The position numbers were made by a program, and so were the translations under genes. From positions 512,001 through 576,000 of the forward strand of contig CAXXJJ010000001.1 of assembly GCA_963667015.2 (NCBI GenBank): 64,000 nt of DNA. Reading direction: 5' to 3'. Positions 17,398 through 27,858 of this stretch are shown one piece after another. Position 1 is the first letter of the stretch. Every line of letters begins with the position of its first letter. The DNA is from Desulfatiglandales bacterium (lineage in GTDB: Bacteria; Desulfobacterota; DSM-4660; Desulfatiglandales; HGW-15). The notes under the pieces are model-generated. The model saw nothing but the letters and a program-made list of their open reading frames with translations, searched no databases and was not told where the DNA came from.

Positions 17398-19307
17398 GGG
17401 ATGACTCAGAAATAAATTAACAGATTAAAGATGAACTATACCATAAAGCTTGAAAGCGTCTGACATGGCGATAGATATATTACATTGTAATATTAGCAGG
17501 TTAAATATTGACAGGATTGAAAATAATTTGATATAGTTCCCCCTATTATCAATTTAATAGGGGGAACTATATCAAATGTACGCTCAAAAACCTCGGTTAA
17601 ACGAAGCCTTGGAATTCTTTAAAAGCAATAAAATCGGAAGGTTAGACAATCTAAAACATGCACTTCATACCAATAGTACAATGACTGTTTTTCGATCACT
17701 CAAAGAGCTTAACTATCTTTCAAGTTATTCTCACAGGGGAAAGTACTACACCTTGCAGAACATTCCAAAATTTGATGAACTTGGTTTATGGTCCTTTCAA
17801 TCGGTGTGGTTTTCCCAATATGGCAATCTCGTTGAAACGGCAAAAGAGTTTGTGGAAAACTCAAACGCCGGCTATACAACTCACGAACTTGAAGATATCC
17901 TTCATGTTGAAACCAAACACCCCCTTCTGAGTCTTTATAAGCAAGGACGAATCAACCGAGAGAAATTCGGGGGATACTATGTGTATCTTTCCAGTGAAGT
18001 GCATGATAAAAAAAGGCAGATTGCAGTTCGTAAAACAGGCGCTGAAAAATTTGAGGTTGACCTCTCATATGAAATTAAACTGCTCTCTGAGGAGCTGAAA
18101 GCAGCGATAATATTGTTTTTCAGTCTATTAGATGAAAAGCAGCGACGACTGTATGCTGGTTTGGAATCCTATAAATTGGGACATGGCGGAGATAACCAAA
18201 TCGCAAAATTATTGGGATTGGATGTTCATACTGTTTCCAAAGGGCGTAGAGAATTATTCAGCCAGGATATAAAAGTCGATCGTATCCGCGAGAAAGGAGC
18301 CGGCAGAAAACCTGTGGAAAAAAAATTCCGCAGGTCACCGAAAGGATAAGAAAGCTTTTGAAATACGAAACAGCAGGCCATCCAATAAGCGGACTGAAGT
18401 GGACACGAAAAACCACGGAAAAAATATCCAGCGAACTGGAGTCTATTGGAATTATTGTTTCCGCAAATACAGTATGCAGGCTTTTAAAACAAATGGGCTT
18501 TTCCTTGAAAGTGAATTGTAAAAAAATAGAATCCGGGATAAGCAATCCGCCGGACCCGAAAAAAAGAGACCAGCAATTTGGCTATATTGCCGATTTACGC
18601 GAAAAATTTACGAAACGACAACTTCCTGTTATCAGTGTTGATACCAAGAAAAAAGAGTTGATTGGGAACTTTAAAAACTGGGGAGATTCCTGGCAGGAAT
18701 CTCCCATTGAAGTTAAAGATCATGACTTCCCTAGTGATGCCAAAGGGAAAGCTATTCCATACGGTATCTATGATACACAAAAAAATATCGGTACAGTTTT
18801 TCTGGGTGTTACACGGGATACGCCCTCTTTTGCTGTTGATTCCATTGAGACCTGGTGGAAGACCGAAGGGAAAGCCAATTATCCGGATGTCAAAGAGCTG
18901 CTTATACTGGCTGATTCAGGCGGTAGCAACAGCTGCCGATCAAGGGTGTGGAAATATAAAATCCAAAAAAATATTTGTAACCGGTATGGATTATCCATCA
19001 GAGTCAGCCACTATCCTCCCGGTTCGTCAAAATGGAACCCTATCGAACATAGACTGTTTTCAGAGGTCAGCAAAAACTGGGCTGGACGTCCGCTTGAATC
19101 GTATGAGACTGTGCTAAAATATATCCGTACTACAAAAACATCTACAGGCCTCAAGGTGAAAGCACATTTTGTCAGAAAAAATTATAAAACAGGAGAGAAA
19201 GTTTCTAACAAACAAATGGATCAAATAGCCATCAAAAATGGCCTATTACCTGAGTGGAATTATATTTTACATCCAACTAAAATGTGATTTTATTTTTGAG
19301 TCATCCC
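17398..19307 (+). mobile_element. ISAzo13-family element
   Basis: TIR GGGATGACTCA(G/A)AAATAAA; TTA duplication. Confidence 0.9.
17576..19287 (+). CDS. ISAzo13 transposase in two ORFs, probable -1 frameshift
   Basis: LDEKQRRLYAG, ISVDTKKKELIGNF, DSGGSN and SKWNPIEHRLFS motifs; A8 run at 18318-18325. Confidence 0.88.
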
Positions 19308-19627
19308 TTAGTATTTTATTCAAATACTTATCAAATTTAATAACCAAAAATAGCTTTTGCCGGCTAAAAAGTATTACTGTTCAATCTGAAGAGGGTGAAA
19401 CATCAAAAAGAGCACCGGAATTAGAATAATATAAGGAATCAAAAATTGACAAATAGCTGTAACCTCAATATGATACAACACAATTGCGTATTGGTTTGAA
19501 GGCTTAATTTTGTTTGCTTTCCTGAAGAGGTAATCCCTATCGATACTTCAACTCGCCATCTTTATATTTCCAAAAAGAAACATGTCAGCATCTGTTCTAT
19601 TATCATCATCTATTAAGGAGGTTTTGA

Positions 19628-21958
19628 GTGATGAAAATTAAAATATTACGAGTGCAACTTTTATCTTTTGTCATCCTCTCATTTATGCTGTTTGCCTGCG
19701 GGCCAAAATGGACCGAGACAGAGAAGGACGGGGTAAAGACAGTCCGCAACAAAGGAGGGCAGACCCTTGCCTATTCTCCATCCTCAGGAGTTACGATTTT
19801 AACTGTGGACGGATTCGGTTTCAAGGATCTAAACAGGAATGGAACCCTTGAGCCATATGAAGACTGGCGGTTATCTGCTGACAAAAGGGCAAAGGACCTT
19901 TCATCCCGAATGTCCTTTTACCAGATAGCAGGGTTAATGCTCTACAGCGGGCACCAGGCAATACCCGGAGGCGGGATATACCAGGGAGATACATACAGCG
20001 GAAAATCCTACAGTGAGAGCGGGGCTAAACCGTCCGATCTTTCGGACGGGCAGATTGATTTTCTCACAAACGATAACCTCCGGCATGTACTGATTACCAG
20101 CGTGGAAAGCCCGGAGGCGGCAGCAGGGTGGAATAACAATGCCCAGGCACTTGCAGAGAGCCTGGGCATTGGAATCCCCATAAATACAAGCAGTGATCCA
20201 AGGCATGAGGCTGCATCTGATGCGGAATACACACTCGGGGCAGGGGGCGAGATATCAAGGTGGCCAGGCTCCATAGGTCTTGCCGCCAGCTTTGATCCGC
20301 AACTGGTTAGAAGGTTCGGAGAGATCGCCTCTATTGAATATCGGGCACTGGGGCTTGCTACTGCTCTCTCTCCCCAGATAGATATAGCAACAGACCCGAG
20401 GTGGTATCGTTTCAAGGGCACATTCGGACCGAGCCCCAGACTTTCGACGGATATGGCAAGGGCCTATATTGACGGGTTTCAGACCTCAACCGGTACAAAG
20501 GTGATTTCAGATGGATGGGGCTATGAAAGTGTAAATGCCATGGCCAAGCACTGGCCCGGAGGCGGTGCCGGTGAAGGCGGACGTGATGCTCACTTCGGTT
20601 TTGGAAAATTTGCTGTTTATCCCGGAAACAATATACAGGAACATATTGATGTTTTTGTAAATGGCGCCTTTAAACTTGATGAAGGAACCAAAACAACTTC
20701 AGCTATTATGCCGTACTATACAATTTCATTTAACCAGAACCCTGAAGGTGAAAATGTTGGCAATGCCTTCAGCAAATATTTCATTACAGATCTTCTCCGG
20801 AATAAATACGGTTTTGATGGTGTTGTATGTACTGACTGGGGCGTTACAAAGGATGATGGGGGCATGGCGGTTTTTGGTCAGACCCCATGGGGGGTGGAAA
20901 ACCTGTCTGTCATGGAGAGGCATTACAGGGTTATCATGGCCGGAGGTGATCAGTTTGGCGGGAACAATGATTCCGGTCCGGTAATTGAGGCCTATGAGAA
21001 AGGCGTAAAGGAGCATGGCGAAGAATTTATGCGTGCCAGGTTTGAAAAATCGGCCGTAAGATTATTAAGAAATATCTTCAGGACAGGGCTTTTTGAAAAC
21101 CCCTATCTTAATGTTGATGAAACAAAAAACACGGTAGGAAAGCCTGAATTTATGAAAGAAGGTTATGAGGCCCAGGTCAGGTCTGTTGTTATGCTGAAGA
21201 ATGTCAATAACACCCTGCCTGTTGATAAAGAAAAGACAGTTTATATACCGAAAAGATATGTCCCATCGTCAACAGATTTCTGGGGACAGAAAAGTCCTGA
21301 AAAGTGGGAATATCCGATAAACCCTGAAATCGCAGAAAGATATTTTAATGTTACTGATGATCCGGATGCAGCGGATATGGCCATTGTCATGATCAACAGT
21401 CCGGATAATGGCGCAGCGCAGGGATACAGCAAAGAGGATGCAGAGAAGGGCGGTAATGGATTTGTTCCCATAAGCCTGCAGTATGGCGAGTATAGTGCAG
21501 CAGAGGCCAGGGACCCGAGTATTGCCGGTGATAAAAGGGATTCCGATGTGCTCAACAGAACATATAAAGGAAAGGCGGTTATTGCCAATAACAGCAGTGA
21601 CCTTAAACTGGTAATGGACACAAAGGCAGCCATGGGGGATAAGCCTGTTGTAGTTATAATAAAGATGTCAAATCCGACAATAGTTAAGGAGTTTGAAAGG
21701 GATATTGATGCCCTGCTGATCAATTTTGATGTCCAGGACCAGGCTGTTCTTGAAATCATATCAGGCAGGGCCGAGCCGTCAGGTCTTTTGCCTCTTCAGA
21801 TGCCCTTTGATATGAATACAGTTGAAACACAGATGGAGGATGTGCCTCTTGATATGAAGGTTCATGTTGACAGTGAAGGCAATGCCTATGATTTTTGTTT
21901 CGGCTTGAACTGGCAGGGCGTTATTACGGATGAGAGGACTGGAAAATACTGTTTATAA
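19628..21958 (+). CDS. GH3 beta-glucosidase-like lipoprotein
   Basis: LFAC lipobox; SSDPRH, KHWPG and VCTDW (nucleophile) motifs. Confidence 0.92.
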   Translation: MMKIKILRVQLLSFVILSFMLFACGPKWTETEKDGVKTVRNKGGQTLAYSPSSGVTILTVDGFGFKDLNRNGTLEPYEDWRLSADKRAKDLSSRMSFYQIAGLMLYSGHQAIPGGGIYQGDTYSGKSYSESGAKPSDLSDGQIDFLTNDNLRHVLITSVESPEAAAGWNNNAQALAESLGIGIPINTSSDPRHEAASDAEYTLGAGGEISRWPGSIGLAASFDPQLVRRFGEIASIEYRALGLATALSPQIDIATDPRWYRFKGTFGPSPRLSTDMARAYIDGFQTSTGTKVISDGWGYESVNAMAKHWPGGGAGEGGRDAHFGFGKFAVYPGNNIQEHIDVFVNGAFKLDEGTKTTSAIMPYYTISFNQNPEGENVGNAFSKYFITDLLRNKYGFDGVVCTDWGVTKDDGGMAVFGQTPWGVENLSVMERHYRVIMAGGDQFGGNNDSGPVIEAYEKGVKEHGEEFMRARFEKSAVRLLRNIFRTGLFENPYLNVDETKNTVGKPEFMKEGYEAQVRSVVMLKNVNNTLPVDKEKTVYIPKRYVPSSTDFWGQKSPEKWEYPINPEIAERYFNVTDDPDAADMAIVMINSPDNGAAQGYSKEDAEKGGNGFVPISLQYGEYSAAEARDPSIAGDKRDSDVLNRTYKGKAVIANNSSDLKLVMDTKAAMGDKPVVVIIKMSNPTIVKEFERDIDALLINFDVQDQAVLEIISGRAEPSGLLPLQMPFDMNTVETQMEDVPLDMKVHVDSEGNAYDFCFGLNWQGVITDERTGKYCL

Positions 21959-22170
21959 AAATAAATAAAAAATTAAAATTTCTGCTGAGGGCAATGCCTG
22001 TCTGTAGCCATACAGATACTCACAATATTTCCTGCTTATAGGCTGATTGATCATTTTAAAGACCTTTAGCCTGCGCCAGGTATTTTATTGTCCCTAAATT
22101 CTATTTTGTTCTAGCCTAAAATAAATAGGCATGTTAAAAATAATCAACTTGTTTAATTGGTTTTATTATT

Positions 22171-22956
22171 GTGAGGTATGGCATAATCATGGCAGAATCA
22201 GAAATTGTTGAAATTGAAAAGAAAAGGAAACGCACATTTGCCTACTTTTGTATAGCGATCTGCATTCCAATTGTAACTATCTTTACAATAGTTGATATCA
22301 TTGAAAATCAGTTCCTGGAAATACTGTCCAATGTGCTTATGTTCGTGGTTCTGATTGCCGGATTTATCGGGATAAAAAAATTTAATTTGGATCTTCTTAT
22401 CTACCGGCTGGTACTTTCCCTGATGTCCATAATTTTTCTATATAATATTGTAATAGGTTCCGGGGAAGGAACGGCAGTTTTCTGGATTTTCCCCTTTCCG
22501 CTGGTTTATATGTATCTCCTGGGAAAAAGGGAGGGAAGTGTATACAATACGGTTTTCTTCTGTATCCTGCTGTTTTTACTGCTAAATCCATTTTCATTGA
22601 GTATCTATAAATATGAGATCGGTATCAGTCTGCGGTTTTTACTTTCATTAGCACTGGTTACCTTTATGACCTTTGGCCTGGAGGCTTCCAGAGAAAGGTA
22701 TGGAAATCTACTGACCAGAAAAAATATTATTTTGAATAAGGAAAAGCAGAACCTGGAGAAGGCGATGAGAGAAATTAAATCCCTGTCCGGGTTGATACCC
22801 ATCTGCTGCAGCTGTAAAAATGTCAGGAATGATGAAGGCTACTGGGAACAGGTTGAAACCTATGTAAAAAACCGGTCTTCAGCAGAGTTCAGTCATGGTA
22901 TTTGCCCTGAGTGCTACAAAAAACTTTATCCTGAGTTAACCTATCCGGGGAGATAA
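22171..22956 (+). CDS. Multi-TM sensor-like protein with C-terminal Cys-rich domain
   Basis: Several TM segments, coiled coil, LIPICCSCK..R...GYW...SHGICPEC tail. Confidence 0.75.
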   Translation: MRYGIIMAESEIVEIEKKRKRTFAYFCIAICIPIVTIFTIVDIIENQFLEILSNVLMFVVLIAGFIGIKKFNLDLLIYRLVLSLMSIIFLYNIVIGSGEGTAVFWIFPFPLVYMYLLGKREGSVYNTVFFCILLFLLLNPFSLSIYKYEIGISLRFLLSLALVTFMTFGLEASRERYGNLLTRKNIILNKEKQNLEKAMREIKSLSGLIPICCSCKNVRNDEGYWEQVETYVKNRSSAEFSHGICPECYKKLYPELTYPGR

Positions 22957-22997
22957 TTATTCTGATTTTCTTAAAAACCTTTTACGGCCAGTTGCAG

Positions 22998-23049
22998 GGG
23001 CAAGGCGTCATCCGACATTAAGCTCGTCGAAAGGCGCCGTGCCCTTTTT
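22998..23049. terminator. Hairpin between convergent genes
   Basis: GGGCAAGGCGTC...GGCGCCGTGCCC followed by T5. Confidence 0.5.
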
Positions 23050-23057
23050 GTGTTTGG

Positions 23058-24353
23058 TTAGTAAGAAGAGAAATCCCCCGGGTGCAGGTCTTTCCATCTG
23101 CGCTGGAAAACACCAGGTTTAAAGGTGAATTTTTCAAGTGTTTTTTCTGCGTTTTTATAGTTCAATACATTTTCACAGGGAATAACTGGTTTTGCAGGTT
23201 CCAGTTTCTGAAACATTTCCCGGACCTCTGCAGGCGGTATCTCTATCTCCCGGATTTTTCCCTGGGGTTTGATGCTTATGCCGGTCGGCTGAAAAAGATT
23301 TATGTAACTGCCCAGATCTTCATCGTATATATCTATAAATATCCCTGTAAAACTTGCAAAGCCATATGGCATAAAGGCTTCACTCCGGACGCTGTCTGTC
23401 AGTTTGTTGTACTCGATGTTGGTATTTGTTACTGCGCATTTCAGCTGATAGGGGGCAAGTTTTGATGCCAGGATCCACTTCATATATGGCAGCAGCCTGT
23501 CTACCGGTGATCCATCTCCGCCCAGTTCGGCCTGGCTGTCGAATATATCAAAATATTCGGCTGTAAGTTCAGTTCCTATGGGTGTCATGTCCGGGGAGCG
23601 GAACCTGTCTGCCTTTTCAGGATGGATGTATGAAAGAAATTCCTCGCTCAGCCTGAAGAGTGTCCTGCCTGCGACCTTGTGTGTATAGGGCTTGCTTATG
23701 TCGTATTCAACAAGGCTTGTTGTCAGGAGTTCAATATTCACGAGCAGTTTGATGCGGTGGCTTGACCAGCCTGGCTGGAGATATTCATTTGGAATAGAAA
23801 TAAAAACACTGTCTTCGCCCTCTACCGAGAATATAAGGATATTTTCACGTGCATCATCATATGTCTGTTTAAAGGGGGCAATAAAGGACATCAGATATCC
23901 GCAGTCAGAAGAATGCTCTGTTTTATGAAGGGGCCTGCGCACATTTCCGAACCTCCCTCCTTCCGGACCCGGGATGTAGCCTACGTGAGATCCGCCGAAA
24001 TCAAGATTGATTGCGGCATGATGAACCGCGGCACCAAGAGAACCCTCGTTATACATGCCGCCGATCTTGCCCTTGTCAAAGGGGTACTGTCCCGTAAAGG
24101 CATAGAGACAAAGATCAACACCAAAGAGAGATTCATCCGAACACTTCCATTTGCAGGGAAGTGATGCTGCACGATCATATTTAAATCCCATTTTACTTAC
24201 CATGTCGCTTTCAAGAAAGCTCATGGCTCGGGCAACAAAATCCTGAAAAAGAAAGGGAGGCTCTTTAAACAGGATAACACATTCCTGTGCAGCGGGATGA
24301 AATGCTCCGGGATCAAGGTAAGGGGGAAGCCAGCTTCGGTTACTCGGGGTCAT
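23058..24353 (-). CDS. Hypothetical protein, possibly LCIB-like beta-carbonic anhydrase fold
   Basis: CSDE...GAAVHH...SHVG...RP...SDCGYL spacing. Confidence 0.5.
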   Translation of the reverse strand: MTPSNRSWLPPYLDPGAFHPAAQECVILFKEPPFLFQDFVARAMSFLESDMVSKMGFKYDRAASLPCKWKCSDESLFGVDLCLYAFTGQYPFDKGKIGGMYNEGSLGAAVHHAAINLDFGGSHVGYIPGPEGGRFGNVRRPLHKTEHSSDCGYLMSFIAPFKQTYDDARENILIFSVEGEDSVFISIPNEYLQPGWSSHRIKLLVNIELLTTSLVEYDISKPYTHKVAGRTLFRLSEEFLSYIHPEKADRFRSPDMTPIGTELTAEYFDIFDSQAELGGDGSPVDRLLPYMKWILASKLAPYQLKCAVTNTNIEYNKLTDSVRSEAFMPYGFASFTGIFIDIYDEDLGSYINLFQPTGISIKPQGKIREIEIPPAEVREMFQKLEPAKPVIPCENVLNYKNAEKTLEKFTFKPGVFQRRWKDLHPGDFSSY

Positions 24354-24565
24354 TTTCTCCTCCTGTATTCAAATATAGATTTGGAATAGGATTACTTTTT
24401 GTTCAAAACACGATACCGGGAGAAGAGTATATTGAGAAATTACCTCTGGATCAATAAAAATATATATGCCTGATATAAGATTGATCCGGCTCTCCCGGTT
24501 AATCGGGGGCAGGGCATTCTTCGTGTGCCATCCTGCCTATCTCCTTTATCGCGTCCCTGAGATCA

Positions 24566-25261
24566 TCAATATCCTTTTCCGATGGGTCCATACGCTGATT
24601 TTGTCGACGGCGTAAATGGTTTAATAGTCTTCCTGTATTCAATGATATCCTGAATGGTTACCATCGGGATTTGGTATTTTTCCGAGAAAGCCTCAAGCTC
24701 CGGAAACCTTGCCATTGTGCCGTCCGGATTTGTTATTTCACATAATACTCCGCATGGCTTAAGACCCGCCATCTCCATGAGATCCACTGTTGCCTCAGTG
24801 TGCCCGGCTCTTTCCAGAACACCGCCTTTACGCGCCTTAAGTGGAAATACATGGCCCGGGCTGTGAATATCTCCAGGTACGGCATTATCTGCTATTGCCT
24901 TTTTTACTGTCGTGACGCGGTCGGCTGCGGATACGCCGGTTGTTACTCCTTCTGCCGCCTCAATGGATATTGTAAATGCAGTTTTGTATACGCTTTTATT
25001 GTGTTCAACCATCATGGGAAGATTCAATTTATCAACGATCTGCGCCTGTAAACAGAGACAGACTATACCGCTGCATTCACGGATAAGCATGGCCATCTGC
25101 TCATTTGTCAATGACTCAGCAGAAAATATAAGGTCTCCCTCATTTTCCCGGTCCTCATCATCCGTGACAATCACCCCGTTTCCGCTCTTTAGTGAGTTGA
25201 GACACCGCTCTACTTTTGACTGAAAATGTTCTCCTGTTAAAATTGTTTTACTCTGATTCAT
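24566..25261 (-). CDS. ribB: 3,4-dihydroxy-2-butanone 4-phosphate synthase
   Basis: [25 protein letters not shown] and RAGHTEA motifs. Confidence 0.97.
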   Translation of the reverse strand: MNQSKTILTGEHFQSKVERCLNSLKSGNGVIVTDDEDRENEGDLIFSAESLTNEQMAMLIRECSGIVCLCLQAQIVDKLNLPMMVEHNKSVYKTAFTISIEAAEGVTTGVSAADRVTTVKKAIADNAVPGDIHSPGHVFPLKARKGGVLERAGHTEATVDLMEMAGLKPCGVLCEITNPDGTMARFPELEAFSEKYQIPMVTIQDIIEYRKTIKPFTPSTKSAYGPIGKGY

Positions 25262-25380
25262 GACTTTCTCCTTGAAAAATAAAGTTTGTTGAATCAGGGC
25301 ATAGGAAATACGAAAAGCATCAGGCAGGCAGAGCTATAGATCCCATAGAAATAAAGGATCTGCTCTGTGCATATCGGCTC

Positions 25381-25522
25381 ATCCTCTTCCATCCGGACTG
25401 TAACCGTCGGCCCTGGCATCGCACCAGATCTGCTGACCTTCCATTTATATGAAAGCGCTCGCGGGCTCCCCGTGGAATTACGGGATACCGCCGGTGGGGA
25501 ATTTCACCCCGCCCTGAGAATT
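25381..25522 (-). promoter_or_regulatory. FMN riboswitch
   Basis: CAGGGCGGGGTGAAATTCCCCACCGGCGGT...AGCCCGCGAGCG...GCAGATCTGGTG..ATGCCAGGGCCGACGGTTACAGTCCGGATGGAAGA upstream of ribB. Confidence 0.97.
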
Positions 25523-25645
25523 AGGGAAGTTTTATAATGTGATTGGAGAAATGTCAACCCTGCTCCCGGTTTTCGCCCCCATTGCTAAAACATGTCTCTT
25601 ATGTTAAATTCTGCAACATTATTAATATTTTACTGAAAAACTTCT

Positions 25646-27019
25646 ATGGCCCCTGAAATAAGCAAAGAAAACATAACAGGCCGCATTATCGTTGTGGATG
25701 ATGAAAACATTGTGCTTAAAAACCTGAGAAGGATACTTGAAAAGTCAGGACACACTGTTTCCACATGTATAAATCCTGTGAAGGCTCTGGAACAAATAGG
25801 GAGTGAGTCATATGATATTGTAATAAGCGATATTAAAATGCCGTATATGGATGGGCTTAGCTTTCTCAACCGCGTTAAATCCATTGCCCCGGAAATTGAA
25901 GTCATTCTGATTACAGGTTATGCATCACTCGACGGGGCAATTGAAGCCACAAAATACGGTGCATACCACTATCTGTCAAAACCCTTCACTCCTGACGAAA
26001 TTCGTAACAGGGTAGAAAATGCCCTTAAAGAAAAAAAATTAAGGGAAGAAGGCCGAAATTCCAAAAAGAGTGCAGCTAACCCCGGACAGCCTGTGATAAT
26101 AGGAAAGAGTCCTGCGATTCAGCGTATCAAGGAAATAATCTACCAGATAGCGCCGACTGACTGCAATGTCCTTATTTCAGGAGAATCAGGTACGGGAAAA
26201 GAGCTTGCAGCAAGGCTGATTCATACATGCAGTAACAGAGGCAAATCACCGTTTATTGCCTTTAACTGTGCGGCCTTTAATGAAGAGCTTATTGATAATG
26301 AACTCTTTGGTCATGAAAAGGATGCCTTCACCGGGGCAACGGCGCAAAAGGCAGGTCTGCTTGAAACAGCCAATGGCGGCACGGTATTTCTGGATGAAAT
26401 AGGAGACATGCCTCTTTCCATGCAGATAAAACTCCTGCGTGTTATCCAGGAGAGAGAAATTATGCGGGTTGGAGGTACAACGCAAATACCTATTGATGTC
26501 AGGATAATTGCTGCAACAGCAAAAGATCTCAAGGCTGCAGCCGATGCAGGTGATTTCCGGTCCGACCTTTTTTTCCGCCTTAATGTCGTAAATATTATAC
26601 TGCCGGGGTTGGCCGAACACAGGGAAGATATACCTCTTCTGTCTTATCATATGCTTGAAAAATGCCTGAAAAAGACAAAGAAAAAGATCAGGGCAATATC
26701 TGAAGAGGCAATGGACCTGATAAAAAATTATACCTTCCCCGGCAACATAAGAGAGCTTGAAAATATAATTGAACATGCAGTGGCCATGTGCAGGACGGAT
26801 ATCATACATGTGCATGACCTTCCATTTGATCTCTCCCAGTTTAAGTTCTATTCCTACCAGAAATCTCCTGATGCCCTCCTTAATCTGGAAGAACTTGAAC
26901 ATGAATATATATCTCATATCCTCCAGATAACAGGAGGGGCCAAGAAAGCCACGGCAGAAATCCTCGGGATAGACCGTGCCTCACTCTGGCGTAAAATAAA
27001 AAAATATGGTCTTGAGTAG
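25646..27019 (+). CDS. Sigma54-dependent response regulator (NtrC/AtoC family)
   Basis: REC domain, GESGTGKE, DAFTGA, FPGNIREL, C-terminal HTH. Confidence 0.95.
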   Translation: MAPEISKENITGRIIVVDDENIVLKNLRRILEKSGHTVSTCINPVKALEQIGSESYDIVISDIKMPYMDGLSFLNRVKSIAPEIEVILITGYASLDGAIEATKYGAYHYLSKPFTPDEIRNRVENALKEKKLREEGRNSKKSAANPGQPVIIGKSPAIQRIKEIIYQIAPTDCNVLISGESGTGKELAARLIHTCSNRGKSPFIAFNCAAFNEELIDNELFGHEKDAFTGATAQKAGLLETANGGTVFLDEIGDMPLSMQIKLLRVIQEREIMRVGGTTQIPIDVRIIAATAKDLKAAADAGDFRSDLFFRLNVVNIILPGLAEHREDIPLLSYHMLEKCLKKTKKKIRAISEEAMDLIKNYTFPGNIRELENIIEHAVAMCRTDIIHVHDLPFDLSQFKFYSYQKSPDALLNLEELEHEYISHILQITGGAKKATAEILGIDRASLWRKIKKYGLE

Positions 27020-27037
27020 ATCAGAATAATCAGTGAT

Positions 27038-27227
27038 TTTTTGCAACATGATCGTTCGTTTTTGCAACATTTTAAACTTTATGCATTCGTGCTGTCTCTA
27101 AGGCGGTCCCAGCCTTATTGTGTTTCATAATGCAACAATCAAGTCCTCCACAGATATCCGATAAAATCAAATTATTCCAGTAATATCAGGCAGAAATCAA
27201 TTGAGCTTGCCTGGCACGAAAGATGCT
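27038..27227 (+). promoter_or_regulatory. Sigma54 promoter with putative upstream activator sites
   Basis: TGGCACGAAAGATGCT at 27212 with correct GG/GC spacing; tandem TTTTTGCAACAT at ~27038 and ~27059. Confidence 0.7.
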
Positions 27228-27306
27228 CTGTCAATTTCATCAAATCAGCATATTCTATAAAAAACTCTATTTTATCCGACAAAAGGCACGGACAGGGACA
27301 CCGGCA

Positions 27307-27762
27307 ATGTTTAAAAATATACTCGTAATATTTGAAAATGAAAGAGTATGCGATCATGCAGTAAAATACTCATGTGAACTGGCCCATCGCATGGATTCGG
27401 ATGTCACATTCCTTATGCTGATGGAGATGTCATTTCCAGGTCGCCTGTCAATTGATTCAAAAAGAAAAGCCATTAAAAAAATAGAGACGCGGATCAGTAA
27501 AATTCTTGGCGAAATGTCCTCAGATCTGTTGAAGCAGGGGATACCTGTCAGTGTCGCAATAAGGGTGGGTGATGCATCTGTCGAACTCCTGAAATTTCTT
27601 GCAGAGAGAGATTCCTTTCAAACTGTTATCTGGGGAAGCGATGAGAAACTGCCTTATGCAAGTCATGGGCGTAAAACGCACTGGATGGCAAAGATCGCTG
27701 ATATCCTGGAGTGCCCTTTAATTGCTGCCGGCAGTCAAAGTACAGAAGATAAAGGCGGATGA
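27307..27762 (+). CDS. Universal stress protein-like
   Basis: MFKNILV start, RVGDA, VIWGS and ECPL motifs. Confidence 0.75.
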   Translation: MFKNILVIFENERVCDHAVKYSCELAHRMDSDVTFLMLMEMSFPGRLSIDSKRKAIKKIETRISKILGEMSSDLLKQGIPVSVAIRVGDASVELLKFLAERDSFQTVIWGSDEKLPYASHGRKTHWMAKIADILECPLIAAGSQSTEDKGG

Positions 27763-27858
27763 TTGAGATTTGTATTGAAAATATTACAGGTATAAAGCCC
27801 CGGTATTTTATCCCTGTTGAGAGTCAGAGACAACCTGAACTGAAAAGGAAAGATATTA

